From: an uncultured bacterium
Lineage (GTDB): Bacteria > Omnitrophota > Omnitrophia > Omnitrophales > Aquincolibacteriaceae
DNA length: 64,000 bases
Assembly: GCA_964434115.1 (NCBI GenBank)
Contig: CAYSSX010000009.1
Location: forward strand, 19,992 to 83,991
Direction: 5' to 3'
The notes below the pieces were generated by a model. The model saw only the letters and a program-made list of their open reading frames with translations. It searched no databases and was not told the DNA's origin. The translations under genes were made by a program, and so were the position numbers. Below are positions 29,987 through 40,208 of the stretch, piece after piece (positions within the stretch are counted from its first letter, which is position 1; every line of letters starts with the position of its first letter).

Positions 29987-31951
29987 TTAATAATTCCGGC
30001 GAAGCGTAAGCACTGTCACGTCATCCCGTAAATCGCCTGATTGAAACTCTTCAAGACGGAACAGGACCCGGCCGCAAATGGCCTGCGGTGATGCCAGTGC
30101 ATTTTCTTTCAGGAACTCCTCAAAGCGGGCGTAGCCCCAAAACTCATCCTTTTCATTCCGCCCTTCTGGCACGCCGTCTGTAAAAAAAACAAGGGATTCC
30201 CCGGCCTGGAGCGTATCCTCGCCTTCACCGTATTTTTCTTCCGCAAAGGCGCCCAGAACAGTCCCTGTGGTTTTTCCAAAAACCCGGACATTCCCCTCCT
30301 TATTAAGCACATAGGGACGCGGATGCCCTGCGTTCGCATACCGGACCACTCCGGTTTTGACATGATAATAGGCCAGAATCATGGTGACAAAAAGCCCCTG
30401 CTCATTGTCGCGGGAAAGGATGCGGTCAACTTTCGTAAGCGCCTCGCCCGGAGAGAGGTGGTCATCACCGGTATCACGCACCAGAGTTCGGGCTACGGCC
30501 ATAAGCATGGCCGCGGGAATGCCCTTGCCGGAAACGTCCGCAACCACCAGCGCCAATTCATTTTCGGAAACAAAAAAGAAGTCGCAAAAATCACCGGCCA
30601 CGTGGCGTGCCGGGGCATTCACGGCATGAAGGTCAAACTCTTTATGATCCGGAAAGGGCGGAAATTTACGCGGCAAAAGCGATGCTTGAATTTCACGGGC
30701 CACGCGCAGTTCACTTTCAACCGCTTCGCGTTTTGCGGTCTCGTGGGTCAAGGCTTTAACATAGGCCTTGAGAGCGGCCACCATGCCGTGAAAACTGTCC
30801 GCCAGCTGGCCGATTTCATCATTCGGGTATTTCTGATTGTCGGCGATCTCAAGGTCTCCCCCGGCCACACTTCGGAACTCCATGGATAGCCGGCGGATAG
30901 GCCGGGTAATTTCCGAAGACCCGATCACAAGAATCGTTAAAATCACGCCGAGGCTTAGAAACATGACGGCGCTGAATTGGGTCAAACGCGTCCAGACCGG
31001 AGTCATCACCTTGGATTCCGGGACAGCTGCCGTGAAAACCCAGCCCGTGGAAGAGATCGGCGCGTAAAGAAAAAGACTGTTTTCCTGATAGGGGTAATGC
31101 TTGATTCTTGCGGCGCCTTTATCCCCTGAAAGCATCTGCTTTGCAAAAAACGTAAGCTCCGGCCGTTTTTCTTCCTCCGCAATTTGGAAAATATTCTTTT
31201 TCATGATGAACTCGGGATTGGGGTGAGAAATGAAACGTCCGTCGGGCGTGAGAATAGCAAAAAACAAATCTCCGAATTCTTTGCTGCGCGTCCACTTTTG
31301 AAGTTCTTCAAGGTGCACTTCCACAGCTGCCACGCCTAAAAATTTTCCGTCCCGTTTCATGGGAACAGACTGAGTGGCCATGATCACGCCGCCGGCACCT
31401 TCGTCATCATAAGGGCCAATCCACACCGCTTCCCCGCGCCCTTTAGCCTCTGAGTACCAAGGCCTCTCAAGATAGTCGTAAGCCTCTTTACCCACATCCA
31501 TTCTGCGCAAGGTAATGTCCGGGCCCATGGCTTCCCGCCCCCGCCAAACCGCAGGGGCCATAAGCTTTTGTGTGGGGTCAAGGGCATACGGTTCAAAGGC
31601 CAGACCCGCTCCATAAATCAACTGATTCTGCCTGACATTGGCATCGAGAATTTTATAGAGTTCTTCTTCTGTGAGGTTGGCATGAAGTTCGACAAAAGCG
31701 GCCATCGAACGCGCGGTCTGGGCAACCACGTTCATGTTTCCATTGATTCCTTCGGCATAGTGCGCCGCAACTTCCGCCAGGTAACGCTCCGTTTGTTTTG
31801 TCGCGGTGCGTTTCAGCTCATGGTATCCGATTTTGAGGACGGCGAGATAAATCCCAAGCAGCGGAATGGCGATGGACAAAATGAGCTTCCACCGGATGGA
31901 GAGCCGGATCATCCTTGTGGCGATCTCGGCACCTTTGCGGATTTTATTCAT
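29987..31951 (-). CDS. Membrane sensor phosphatase: Cache-like periplasmic domain, HAMP, and PP2C/SpoIIE serine phosphatase (RsbU-like)
   Basis: Two TM segments flank a roughly 270-aa extracytoplasmic domain. A HAMP-like linker follows, then a PP2C domain with the metal-binding motifs (HVAGDFCDFF, VADVSGKG, TDGVPEG). Confidence 0.85.
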   Translation of the reverse strand: MNKIRKGAEIATRMIRLSIRWKLILSIAIPLLGIYLAVLKIGYHELKRTATKQTERYLAEVAAHYAEGINGNMNVVAQTARSMAAFVELHANLTEEELYKILDANVRQNQLIYGAGLAFEPYALDPTQKLMAPAVWRGREAMGPDITLRRMDVGKEAYDYLERPWYSEAKGRGEAVWIGPYDDEGAGGVIMATQSVPMKRDGKFLGVAAVEVHLEELQKWTRSKEFGDLFFAILTPDGRFISHPNPEFIMKKNIFQIAEEEKRPELTFFAKQMLSGDKGAARIKHYPYQENSLFLYAPISSTGWVFTAAVPESKVMTPVWTRLTQFSAVMFLSLGVILTILVIGSSEITRPIRRLSMEFRSVAGGDLEIADNQKYPNDEIGQLADSFHGMVAALKAYVKALTHETAKREAVESELRVAREIQASLLPRKFPPFPDHKEFDLHAVNAPARHVAGDFCDFFFVSENELALVVADVSGKGIPAAMLMAVARTLVRDTGDDHLSPGEALTKVDRILSRDNEQGLFVTMILAYYHVKTGVVRYANAGHPRPYVLNKEGNVRVFGKTTGTVLGAFAEEKYGEGEDTLQAGESLVFFTDGVPEGRNEKDEFWGYARFEEFLKENALASPQAICGRVLFRLEEFQSGDLRDDVTVLTLRRNY

Positions 31952-31987
31952 GGATGACTCGGAAGATAACCAGTGCGGAACGAGGGG

Positions 31988-32554
31988 TCATGATTTCGCG
32001 TCCGGTTCTTCGGCAAACTCAAGTGCGGCTGAGTTCATACAGTAACGCTTGTGGGTAGGCGGAGGCCCGTCATCAAACACATGGCCCAGATGCCCGCGGC
32101 AGCGCGCGCAAAGGACTTCGGTGCGCTTTTCAAATAAACTGGAATCTTCTTCCAGATGAACATTTTCCGGGGCAACCGGCTGCCAAAAACTTGGCCATCC
32201 GGTTCCCGAATCAAACTTGGCGCGGGAACTAAACAGTTCTGTTCCGCACCCCGCGCACCGGTAGACCCCCGCTTTATGATTGCCGTCATAGGCATTGACG
32301 AAGCGGGGTTCCGTTCCTTTTTGCCTGAGAATATAAAACTGATCGGGATTCAGCTGTTTCTTCCATTCCTCTTCCGTCTTTACAACTCGCGGGAGTTTTT
32401 TGACTTCCTTTTGAGAAACACTGTAGATCAAAACCTCTTCCGGGGTCTCTTCTTTTCCCTGGGTCTCAAGGCGCTCAGGGGTTTTTCCCATACCGAGGCC
32501 CGCGGCAGCCGCAAGGACCATCATCATTGCCAACGCTCGTTTTTGCTTTTTCAT
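31988..32554 (-). CDS. msrB: Peptide-methionine (R)-S-oxide reductase MsrB with signal peptide
   Basis: CAGCG...C and CARCRGHLGHVFDDGP SelR/MsrB motifs. The probable start is MKKQKRALAMMMVLAAAAG (signal peptide). The track ORF extends upstream from an alternative GTG at 32683. Confidence 0.8.
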   Translation of the reverse strand: MKKQKRALAMMMVLAAAAGLGMGKTPERLETQGKEETPEEVLIYSVSQKEVKKLPRVVKTEEEWKKQLNPDQFYILRQKGTEPRFVNAYDGNHKAGVYRCAGCGTELFSSRAKFDSGTGWPSFWQPVAPENVHLEEDSSLFEKRTEVLCARCRGHLGHVFDDGPPPTHKRYCMNSAALEFAEEPDAKS

Positions 32555-32895
32555 TTTCTGTATAAACACCCTTCCAGAATGACCCGTTGAGAGGCCGGTC
32601 TCCAACCTCGTGCCCGAGGTACTGCTTTCCACCCATTCCATTGTCTCGCCGGAATTTAACACAAAAAAGGGCTTACGCACCACTGCGGGGCGGGGACTTG
32701 AAATCTTTTAAAATGGCCGGCTTCTGCGCGAGAAGTGTAGCAAACTTCGCCGTTGGGACAAAGCTAAAACAAGGGGCTTTTGAGGAGGAAACAGCGTGAT
32801 TTTTACCTGCCGGACTCCCGGGCCTCTCCGCCTCAGACCTGAGGCTTATCCTCCGGTCCAGACGCTGTTTACAGCCGCGGATCCCGGAAAGAGTT

Positions 32896-33225
32896 CTACC
32901 ATTTTTTGAAAACAAAAAAAACTGCTCCGGCCATCAATGCAAATCCCACAAGGTAATTCCACTTGAGGTCTTCTTTAAGGTAAAAAACGGAGAACACACA
33001 AAAAACAGCCAGCGTGATGACCTCCTGGATAGTTTTCAATTGCGCCGTGTTGAACTGATAAGACCCGATACGGTTTGCGGGCACCTGAAAACAATACTCC
33101 GCAAAAGCAATCAGCCAGCTGACAAGGATCACTTTCCAAAGGGCTTCGTGCTTAAATCTAAGGTGGCCGTACCAGGCAAATGTCATGAAAATATTCGAGA
33201 CAACCAGAAGGAGAATCGCTGTCAT
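32896..33225 (-). CDS. Small DMT-superfamily membrane protein (DUF486-like, 4 TM)
   Basis: 109 aa, four hydrophobic helices, similar to half-size EamA/DMT proteins. Confidence 0.6.
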   Translation of the reverse strand: MTAILLLVVSNIFMTFAWYGHLRFKHEALWKVILVSWLIAFAEYCFQVPANRIGSYQFNTAQLKTIQEVITLAVFCVFSVFYLKEDLKWNYLVGFALMAGAVFFVFKKW

Positions 33226-33258
33226 AAAACCCTATCCTCAAGAGTTGAGAAAATCTTC

Positions 33259-33813
33259 TTAGAAAATAAGAGTCAGGCCTGCCATAAGAATAAAAATACC
33301 GCCCGCGGCTTTCTGGATCAAGCCTGGCTGAAGGCGGTGTCCGATCCACTGCCCTAAAAAAGCGGCGGCGGCCGAAATCAAAAAAAGAGCCGTCATGGCG
33401 CCCGCTAAAACAAGCCCGGGCTGATAACGCGCTCCGAACAACGCGGAAGCAATTTGGGTCTTATCTCCCCATTCCGCAAAAAAAATAACAAGAAACCCCG
33501 CAAGCAGCGGATGCTTGTCATGATGCTTGGCTTCCGCCTCATCGTCATCGCTTTTCTCCAGCAGCATCTTCACTCCCAAAAAAAGGAACAGCCCCGCGGA
33601 AAGAAGTTTGATCCATAGCATCGGAAAGGCCTTGCCTGACCAGGCCCCGAACAGCACGGCACTTCCGTCGACAATTAAGAACGCGAACATGGCTCCAAGA
33701 ACCAGCATCAAAGGATGACGTGTCTTGGATCCGAGCAAAAGCACGGCAAGCATGGTTTTATCGCCAAACTCGGCGGCAAAAATGGAGACCAAAGGAATCA
33801 GGAAATCCTGCAT
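33259..33813 (-). CDS. GDT1/TMEM165 (UPF0016) family cation transporter
   Basis: Two E-x-G-D-K-T motifs (AAEFGDKT and AEWGDKTQ) in the two repeat halves. Probable start at MQDFLIPL (33813). The track ORF extends to 34002. Confidence 0.8.
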   Translation of the reverse strand: MQDFLIPLVSIFAAEFGDKTMLAVLLLGSKTRHPLMLVLGAMFAFLIVDGSAVLFGAWSGKAFPMLWIKLLSAGLFLFLGVKMLLEKSDDDEAEAKHHDKHPLLAGFLVIFFAEWGDKTQIASALFGARYQPGLVLAGAMTALFLISAAAAFLGQWIGHRLQPGLIQKAAGGIFILMAGLTLIF

Positions 33814-33820
33814 AAAACCT

Positions 33821-34246
33821 TCACCCGGGAAATCCGTTAAGGGCTGCATCCCGGAATTTTTCGTGGATTTTGTCCCGAACTTGGCGGAATTCCCGGAGAA
33901 CATCTTCCGTAATTTTCCGGTCATGCGGAGGATCGGGAAAAGCCCAGTGAATAGGAATTCCTGCCCCCGGAAAAACAGGGCACGTTTCCCGGGCATAATC
34001 ACAAACCGTAATCACGTAATCAAACGCCTGTCCCATAAAAATGCTCACGGATTTTGACGTTTGCTTGGAAATATCGATGCCGGCTTCTTTCATGACTTGA
34101 ATGGCCGTCGGGTTCACGATGCAAGGCTTTGTGCCTGCGCTAAAAACCTCAAACCGGCTTCCGCCATAATGCCGGAGAAAGCCCTCCGCCATTTGCGAGC
34201 GGCAGGAATTGCCTGTGCAAAGAATCAAGACCCGTTTTTTTGTCAT
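33821..34246 (-). CDS. arsC: Arsenate reductase, thioredoxin-coupled LMW-PTP family
   Basis: LCTGNSCRSQMAEG P-loop (CX5R) and downstream Cys residues. Probable start MTKKRVLIL. Confidence 0.75.
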   Translation of the reverse strand: MTKKRVLILCTGNSCRSQMAEGFLRHYGGSRFEVFSAGTKPCIVNPTAIQVMKEAGIDISKQTSKSVSIFMGQAFDYVITVCDYARETCPVFPGAGIPIHWAFPDPPHDRKITEDVLREFRQVRDKIHEKFRDAALNGFPG

Positions 34247-34337
34247 GCCGCACATTTTAACACAATTCTGTCCGGCCGATGAGAGGGAGAAAGTCTCTCT
34301 CCTCTGCGTATTGGCAATCACCGCGAAAACGTTTAAG

Positions 34338-35798
34338 ATGCTTTATTTTCTGATTGGAGCCGTCATGAAGCTGTCGAGAACGCTTTTCTTTTACGCCGTC
34401 ATCCTCACCCTCTTTGCGGGAGGCGTCATTTTAATTTTACTCGCGGGCAAAAACCTTGAATCCGTCCGCCAAGCAGACTCTTTGATCTCAGCTCCCCTGG
34501 CCCCTTCGCTTCCCCACCCCTCTTCGGCTAAGGGGCCTTCGCATCAGACTCTTAACGCAGCTTTGGGAAACCCTCTTAGTTTGTTTCTTATTCAAGCCAT
34601 TCTCATCATTACATGTGCCCGGACATTTGGGCTTCTCTTTAAAAAACTGGGCCAGCCTTCGGTAATGGGTGAAATCACCGCCGGACTTTTCTTAGGACCT
34701 TCTCTCTTCGGAGGCATTTTTCCGGACTATCTGCCTTTGTTTTTCCCTGAATACTCCCTGGTTTATTTGAAGAATTTGAGCCAGGTCGGGATTCTCGTTT
34801 TCATGTTTTTGACCGGTATGGAAATTGACAAGGGTCATCTAAAAAAGAACGCCCCCTCCGCTCTTGTCATCAGCCATGCGGGAATTCTTTTTCCTTTTTT
34901 TCTGGGCGCCTGCCTGTCCTTTTTTATTTATAAAAATTACGCTCCCGCAGGGGTCGCCTTTGCCCCCTTCTGTCTCTTCATGGGAATCGCTATGAGCATT
35001 ACGGCCTTTCCGGTTCTTGCGAAAATTCTGGAAGAAAAGAAACTGCTCGGAACGCCTGTGGGTACAACGGCACTCAGCTGCGCGGCCGCGGACGATGTCA
35101 CGGCGTGGACCCTTCTCGCAGGCATTGTGGCCGTGGCAGAATCAGGGTCTCCCCTGATCTTTATCCGGACAGGCCTTTTAAGCGCAGCCTTTGTCCTTCT
35201 CATGTTTAAAGTCATTAAACCATGGTTCAGACAAGGTCTACTCGACAGCTTTCAGCAGGGGAAAAACATTCTTACCCGGGTTTTGATTCTTATCTTTACA
35301 TCAGCTCTGGCCACAGAGTTGATTGGCATTCACGCGCTTTTCGGGGCTTTTCTCGCTGGCACTCTGATTCCCGGAGAACCCAGGCTCCGTGAATATTTGC
35401 GCGAGAAATTGGGCTTTTTAAGTCATCTTCTTCTTCCGCTTTTTTTCGCCCTCAGCGGACTGAAAACACAAATAGGCCTGGTCTCAGGAACGGCTTCATG
35501 GACACTGTGTCTCATCATTATTATCATTGCCATTGCCGGAAAATTCGGCGGCACGGCCGCTGCGGCAAAGTTTACCCGTATGAAAAATGAGGAATGCCTG
35601 GCCATAGGGGCACTCATGAATACGCGAGGCCTCATGGAGCTGATTGTCCTGAACATAGGGCTGGAGCTAGGGGTTATCTCTCCGGTTATTTTTGCCATGA
35701 TGGTGATGATGGCTTTGATTACAACCCTGATGGCAGGGCCGATTTTAACGCCTCTGATCAATCGCTTAAAAAGCGCGGCACAAACACCCCTCACTTGA
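34338..35798 (+). CDS. Cation:proton antiporter (CPA2/Kef-NapA type)
   Basis: Twelve or more TM helices with GEITAGLFLGPS and MGIAMSITAFPVLAKIL, characteristic of Na+(K+)/H+ antiporters. An upstream start at 34209 would overlap arsC. Confidence 0.85.
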   Translation: MLYFLIGAVMKLSRTLFFYAVILTLFAGGVILILLAGKNLESVRQADSLISAPLAPSLPHPSSAKGPSHQTLNAALGNPLSLFLIQAILIITCARTFGLLFKKLGQPSVMGEITAGLFLGPSLFGGIFPDYLPLFFPEYSLVYLKNLSQVGILVFMFLTGMEIDKGHLKKNAPSALVISHAGILFPFFLGACLSFFIYKNYAPAGVAFAPFCLFMGIAMSITAFPVLAKILEEKKLLGTPVGTTALSCAAADDVTAWTLLAGIVAVAESGSPLIFIRTGLLSAAFVLLMFKVIKPWFRQGLLDSFQQGKNILTRVLILIFTSALATELIGIHALFGAFLAGTLIPGEPRLREYLREKLGFLSHLLLPLFFALSGLKTQIGLVSGTASWTLCLIIIIIAIAGKFGGTAAAAKFTRMKNEECLAIGALMNTRGLMELIVLNIGLELGVISPVIFAMMVMMALITTLMAGPILTPLINRLKSAAQTPLT

Positions 35799-35807
35799 TC
35801 CGAAAAG

Positions 35808-35845
35808 AAAGCCCCCGGAGAGCACGACTTCTCCAGGGGCTTTTA
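35808..35845 (+). terminator. Rho-independent terminator after antiporter gene
   Basis: GCCCCCGGAGAG...CTCCAGGGGC hairpin followed by TTTTATT. Confidence 0.7.
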
Positions 35846-35897
35846 TTGACGGGAACGGTCCCTTAAGGGAGGTTAAGAGCCTGCTCAACCGTTCTCG

Positions 35898-36917
35898 TTA
35901 GACCTGATAAAGCTGATCAAAAACTCCATTGTCCGCAAAGAACTTTTCTTGTGCTTTTTTCCAGCCGCCGAACGTTTCATCCACCGTCACAAGCTCCACT
36001 TGAGGAAATTTGCCTTGGTACTGCGCTGCCACAGCAGCATCACGCGGACGATAGAAGTTATGCGCGATAATTTCCTGAGCCTTCGGGGTGTAGAGAAAAT
36101 CCAGATAAGCCTTGGCAATTTCTTCTGTTCCCCGTTTTTTTGCAACCTTGTCCACCACGGTCACGGGCGGTTCCGCAAGAATACTCAGCGAAGGAACCAC
36201 GATTTCATAGTTGTCCGCGCCTTTTTCCTTTTGAAGGAGGAATGCTTCGTTTTCCCAGGAAAGAAAAACATCTCCGATTTCGCGTTCCACAAAAGTCGTA
36301 GTCGAACCGCGCGCCCCCGTGTCTAAAATCGGCACGTTTTTATAAAGGCTTCCCAAAAACTCCTTGGCTTTCGCCTCATCCCCGTTCGATTTTTTCAGTG
36401 CATACGCCCAAGCCGCCAGAAAATTCCAGCGGGCGCCGCCGGAAGTTTTGGGATTCGGCGTAATGACGGAAACTCCCGGCTTGATAAGATCATCCCAATC
36501 CTTAATTCCTTTAGGGTTCCCTTTACGCACCACAAAAACAATAGTCGACGTATAAGGAGAACTGTTTTCAGGGAGTTTCTTTTGCCAGTCTTTTGGAATC
36601 AGTTTTGCTTTTTCATAAAGCGCGTCAATATCATAGCCTAAAGCCAGAGTCACGACATCGGCATCAAGCCCGTCAATCACCGAGCGGGCCTGTTTACCAG
36701 AACCGCCGTGGGATTGGTTGATGGTAACTTTCTGGCCTTTCTCATTCTGCCATTTTTCGGCAAAGGCTTTATTGATCTCCGAATACAGTTCACGAGTCGG
36801 GTCATAGGAAACGTTGAGAAGGGTTACTTCTTTCGCTTCCGCATAACTGGTCCCGGAAAAACCCGGAACCAGCGATGCGAGGAGTAAAAACACGTTAAAC
36901 CACTTGTTCGACTTCAT
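35898..36917 (-). CDS. sbp: Sulfate/thiosulfate ABC transporter periplasmic binding protein
   Basis: Signal peptide plus the Sbp/CysP family sequence ([14 protein letters not shown] ... [15 protein letters not shown]). No cysTWA genes are adjacent. Confidence 0.85.
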   Translation of the reverse strand: MKSNKWFNVFLLLASLVPGFSGTSYAEAKEVTLLNVSYDPTRELYSEINKAFAEKWQNEKGQKVTINQSHGGSGKQARSVIDGLDADVVTLALGYDIDALYEKAKLIPKDWQKKLPENSSPYTSTIVFVVRKGNPKGIKDWDDLIKPGVSVITPNPKTSGGARWNFLAAWAYALKKSNGDEAKAKEFLGSLYKNVPILDTGARGSTTTFVEREIGDVFLSWENEAFLLQKEKGADNYEIVVPSLSILAEPPVTVVDKVAKKRGTEEIAKAYLDFLYTPKAQEIIAHNFYRPRDAAVAAQYQGKFPQVELVTVDETFGGWKKAQEKFFADNGVFDQLYQV

Positions 36918-37172
36918 GACAAATTTCCTTTCGGGTTCAGATTTTATTTTAGAAAGCGACCTGTGTCCGGGTCAGCAGGACGTTTTCAACTTCCCTGTCT
37001 TTGCCTAAACTTTGCTGGCCGCTGTCAAAAATATTGAACCACAGCTTTCTTCACAAGCCCCTCATTAAAACAAAGCAAGTATCGGCACCACAATAAGACT
37101 ACTACTTCGATGGATTATATAGCTTTATTTCTTAAAGTCAAGTCCTCGTTATAAAAATTCATGCGTTGATCT

Positions 37173-38336
37173 TTAATTTAAGCAGAGCCCAAGGAAACCC
37201 GCGGCGAATAAGACCCAGGGAGATGGAATTTTGAACTTCAGAAAGGCCATTAAGCTAAGCAGCAAAATTAAAACTGATAAGGGATCCGCACAAAGAGGTT
37301 TTCCCAAATTAATTGTTACCATAGCCATGAGCGATAAGGAGGCTGTATTAACGCCGTCAAGAAATGCGCTCATGTTTTGTGACGCACGCAGCTTAGGAAT
37401 AAACGGCGCACTTATGGCGACAAAAACAAATGCGGGAAGAAAAATGCCAAGGGTTGCGATAAGGGCTCCCTTGGTGCCCATAAGAAGATACCCGACAAAG
37501 GTGGCGGTTGTGAAAACGGGCCCCGGCGTTATTTGCCCTACCGTAATTGCATCAAGAAGCTGGCTCTCGGTAAGCCAATGATAACGATGCACCAAATCTG
37601 CCTGCAAGAAAGCAAGGAGCACATACCCGCTTCCAAATAATAAGGAGCCCGCTTTAAAAAAAACCCAAAACAGCGTCCCGGTTGTGAGAGATGCGGATGC
37701 AGCGCCCCCCGCAGAAGCAAGCCCTGGCACCAGGACAGGAAAAGCCAAGGCCCCAAGAAAAGGCTTTTGGGAAGACTCCTGATGTGCAGAGAAAATTTTA
37801 TTCCTTAGGAGCGAAATAATTCCGCCCAGAAAAATGACAACGACTTCATGCAGCCCAGCCAGAGCGGCCGCCAGCATGAGCGCTGAAAGCAAAAAGAGAA
37901 AGCGTGTCTTCAGAGCGGTGCGCGCTAAACCCCAAAGTGCCTGGAGAATGACGGCCATCATCACGGGTTTTAACCCGTAAAAAAATCCCTCCATTTTCGG
38001 CAGGTCTCCAAATGCCGCATACCCCCAGGCCAGTCCTGTCACAATGATCACTGCGGGCAGAATGAAACAAAGCCCTGCGGTTATGAGACCCGGTATTCCT
38101 GCGCGCTGGAAACCTATATGGATGGCCATCTCGGTAGAGTTCGGGCCTGGAATCAGATTCGTTGCGCCGAGAAGGTCGAGGAACTTTTCCCTCGTGAGCC
38201 ATTTTTTTCTGCGGACAACCTCTTCTTCCATCATCGCAATATGAACCGCTGGCCCGCCAAAAGCCGTGGTGCCCAATTTAAGAAAAAGGGCGGCAATCTC
38301 AAGGAGAGCGTTTGTTTTAGGAAAGGAGTTTTTCAT
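37173..38336 (-). CDS. chrA: Chromate transporter ChrA (long form, two CHR domains)
   Basis: FLKLGTTAFGGPAVHIAMM and a repeat in the second half. 387 aa. Confidence 0.85.
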   Translation of the reverse strand: MKNSFPKTNALLEIAALFLKLGTTAFGGPAVHIAMMEEEVVRRKKWLTREKFLDLLGATNLIPGPNSTEMAIHIGFQRAGIPGLITAGLCFILPAVIIVTGLAWGYAAFGDLPKMEGFFYGLKPVMMAVILQALWGLARTALKTRFLFLLSALMLAAALAGLHEVVVIFLGGIISLLRNKIFSAHQESSQKPFLGALAFPVLVPGLASAGGAASASLTTGTLFWVFFKAGSLLFGSGYVLLAFLQADLVHRYHWLTESQLLDAITVGQITPGPVFTTATFVGYLLMGTKGALIATLGIFLPAFVFVAISAPFIPKLRASQNMSAFLDGVNTASLSLMAMVTINLGKPLCADPLSVLILLLSLMAFLKFKIPSPWVLFAAGFLGLCLN

Positions 38337-38377
38337 GCGCGGGAGCGATGTTACGCGGAATAAAAAGAGAGTTCAAA

Positions 38378-38416
38378 TAAAAAACCCCGTCCTTTTTGAG
38401 GACGGGGTTTTTTTTA
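38378..38416 (-). terminator. Intrinsic terminator (bidirectional) downstream of second csp gene
   Basis: CCCCGTCC-tttttga-GGACGGGG hairpin flanked by A6 and T8. Confidence 0.85.
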
Positions 38417-38431
38417 CTGCGAGGGCTGCGA

Positions 38432-38635
38432 TTAGTTCTTTACAACGTTAGCGGCCTGGTCGCCTTTGGGTCCTTTAACGACATCAAAAGTGACATTGTC
38501 ACCTTCGTTGAGGGATTTGTAACCCGTTCCCTGAATGGCTGTATGATGCACGAAGACATCATTACCGCCGGACTGGGGGGTGATAAAACCAAAACCCTTT
38601 TCGTTATTGAACCACTTCACTGTACCTTGTGGCAT
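38432..38635 (-). CDS. Cold-shock protein (CspA family), second copy
   Basis: [20 protein letters not shown]...VFVHHTAI. Confidence 0.9.
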   Translation of the reverse strand: MPQGTVKWFNNEKGFGFITPQSGGNDVFVHHTAIQGTGYKSLNEGDNVTFDVVKGPKGDQAANVVKN

Positions 38636-38999
38636 AATTGGTAATTTCCTTTCTTGTGAAGCGACAGGCCCTGAAAACTAAAATAACCGCGAGCTGTCGT
38701 TATGACATGCTGGCGGTTATCAAAATCTTTTTGATAAGAGCTGACTTCACATCATTGAAACAACGGGGGCATTCTATCAGAGAAAGTCTGCGGCGCAAGC
38801 ATTATTTTTAAAGGGTCAAAAATACCATTACAAGGCCTAAAACCCCCATTTTTTTGAATTATTTTCACATGGCATGGATTTCCTTTGAGATCTTAATTAA
38901 ATCAGCTTTAAAAAAGCTCTAACATTCGCGATCATTCTTTTCAACCCCTTACGGCACAAGGGGTTTGACAAATTTAAAATCATGAGGTAGCCTTCGCAC

Positions 39000-39782
39000 A
39001 TGTTTAATTTTTCCCTGAAGAAATTCCTCATTCTTGCATCGATTCTGACTCTCGGCTTTAGCGCCAAGGCTTCAGCGGCCATTGTGGTGGACGGCCTTGT
39101 CAGCGACTGGGGCGTTGCTCCCGGAGCTTACGGCGCATCTGATTGGACTCCTAATTCCGGCGCTTTTTTCGCTCAAGAAGATCAAAACCCTGCGGTGGAT
39201 TACTTAAATCCCGGCTGGGGCGGCCAGAGCTTTGATGTGGAAGCCCTCTACTTTAAACGTGAAGCCGATTTTGCTTATTTCGCGGTGATCAGCGGATTTC
39301 CTCTTGAAGGCCGTGTTTATCAGGGCGGAAATTATTATGCGGGTGATTTTGCCATCGATTTTGGCAGCAACGGAAGCTATGACTTTGGCGTGGAAACAAG
39401 CGGTGCCAATCAAGGGAAACTCTACGGGACACCGACTTGGCAAAACCCTCTTTTCACAATCTGCGGCCCCTATGCGCTGGCCGGAGGAACCCTTCTCGGC
39501 GACACCACCTTTGCCTACGATAAAACAACCTACATTGGTACGGGGCATTACGCTTTTGAATTCAGCATTCCCATTTCGCTCTTCGGAAGCTTTTGGACTG
39601 ACAGCTCCTACGTTCCCAACTTCACGGCGAAATGGACCATGAGCTGCGGCAATGACTGTTTGGATCTTAATATCCCCAATGTTCCGCACTCCCCGGAACC
39701 GGCTACAGCCGTCATGATGATGCTCGGCCTTTCAGGTCTCGCCTTCAGTTCTGTCCGGAAGAAATTTTTTCTTCAGAAGTAA
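39000..39782 (+). CDS. PEP-CTERM sorting-domain secreted protein
   Basis: Signal peptide. The C-terminus PHSPEPATAVMMMLGLSGLAFSSVRKKF is the PEP motif, a TM helix and a basic tail, which is the exosortase recognition architecture. Confidence 0.8.
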   Translation: MFNFSLKKFLILASILTLGFSAKASAAIVVDGLVSDWGVAPGAYGASDWTPNSGAFFAQEDQNPAVDYLNPGWGGQSFDVEALYFKREADFAYFAVISGFPLEGRVYQGGNYYAGDFAIDFGSNGSYDFGVETSGANQGKLYGTPTWQNPLFTICGPYALAGGTLLGDTTFAYDKTTYIGTGHYAFEFSIPISLFGSFWTDSSYVPNFTAKWTMSCGNDCLDLNIPNVPHSPEPATAVMMMLGLSGLAFSSVRKKFFLQK

Positions 39783-39868
39783 CCCTTCTCTTTTTTCACA
39801 CAAAATAAAAAAGGCGCTGCAAAAGAGCTTTTAAGCTTTCTTGTAACGCCTTTTCTTTTTTTAAATTT

Positions 39869-40174
39869 TTAATTTGCCGAAGCTAATAATTCTTTGGCCT
39901 TTGCCCGAGCTTCACGCTCTGCCTTTTTTTCGTTCTTACGAGCCTCTTTTTCCGCGCGCCGGGCTTTCTTTCTTGCTTCCTTTTCTGCTTTCCTGGCATC
40001 TTTGCCGGAAAGGCCCGGGGGAACATCTCCTTCTTTCCACCCTTTCTTTTCACCCTTCATCCATCCGGCGGGATTCCACTTACTCTTACCCTCTTCAGCA
40101 AAAGCTTGCGGACCCATCGAGAAAGAAAAAACAACCATCGCCGCCACTGCAATGGGTAGGAATTTATGCCGCAT
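39869..40174 (-). CDS. Secreted low-complexity protein with Lys/Glu/Ala/Arg repeats
   Basis: Signal peptide (MRHKFLPIAVAAMVVFSFS), then AEKEARKKARRAEKEARKNEKKAEREARAKAKE. Confidence 0.5.
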   Translation of the reverse strand: MRHKFLPIAVAAMVVFSFSMGPQAFAEEGKSKWNPAGWMKGEKKGWKEGDVPPGLSGKDARKAEKEARKKARRAEKEARKNEKKAEREARAKAKELLASAN

Positions 40175-40208
40175 TTTAAGATCTCCTCATTTAATTGCGT
40201 TAAACCCA

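Noticed and set aside
32684-32895. Possible ncRNA (SRP-RNA-like GGAUAAGCC / UUUACAG strings and a GCCTCAG-acc-CTGAGGC hairpin) in the msrB-DMT intergenic region
   Set aside because: The resemblance to the 4.5S RNA domain IV consensus is partial. There is no GGAA tetraloop context and no flanking terminator. It is more likely just the msrB promoter region.
34209-34337. Upstream extension of the antiporter ORF (start at 34209)
   Set aside because: It would overlap the arsC coding region by about 40 nt, and the N-terminal 43 residues are not membrane-like. The ATG at 34338 (MLYFLIGAVMKLSRTLFF) begins the first TM helix.
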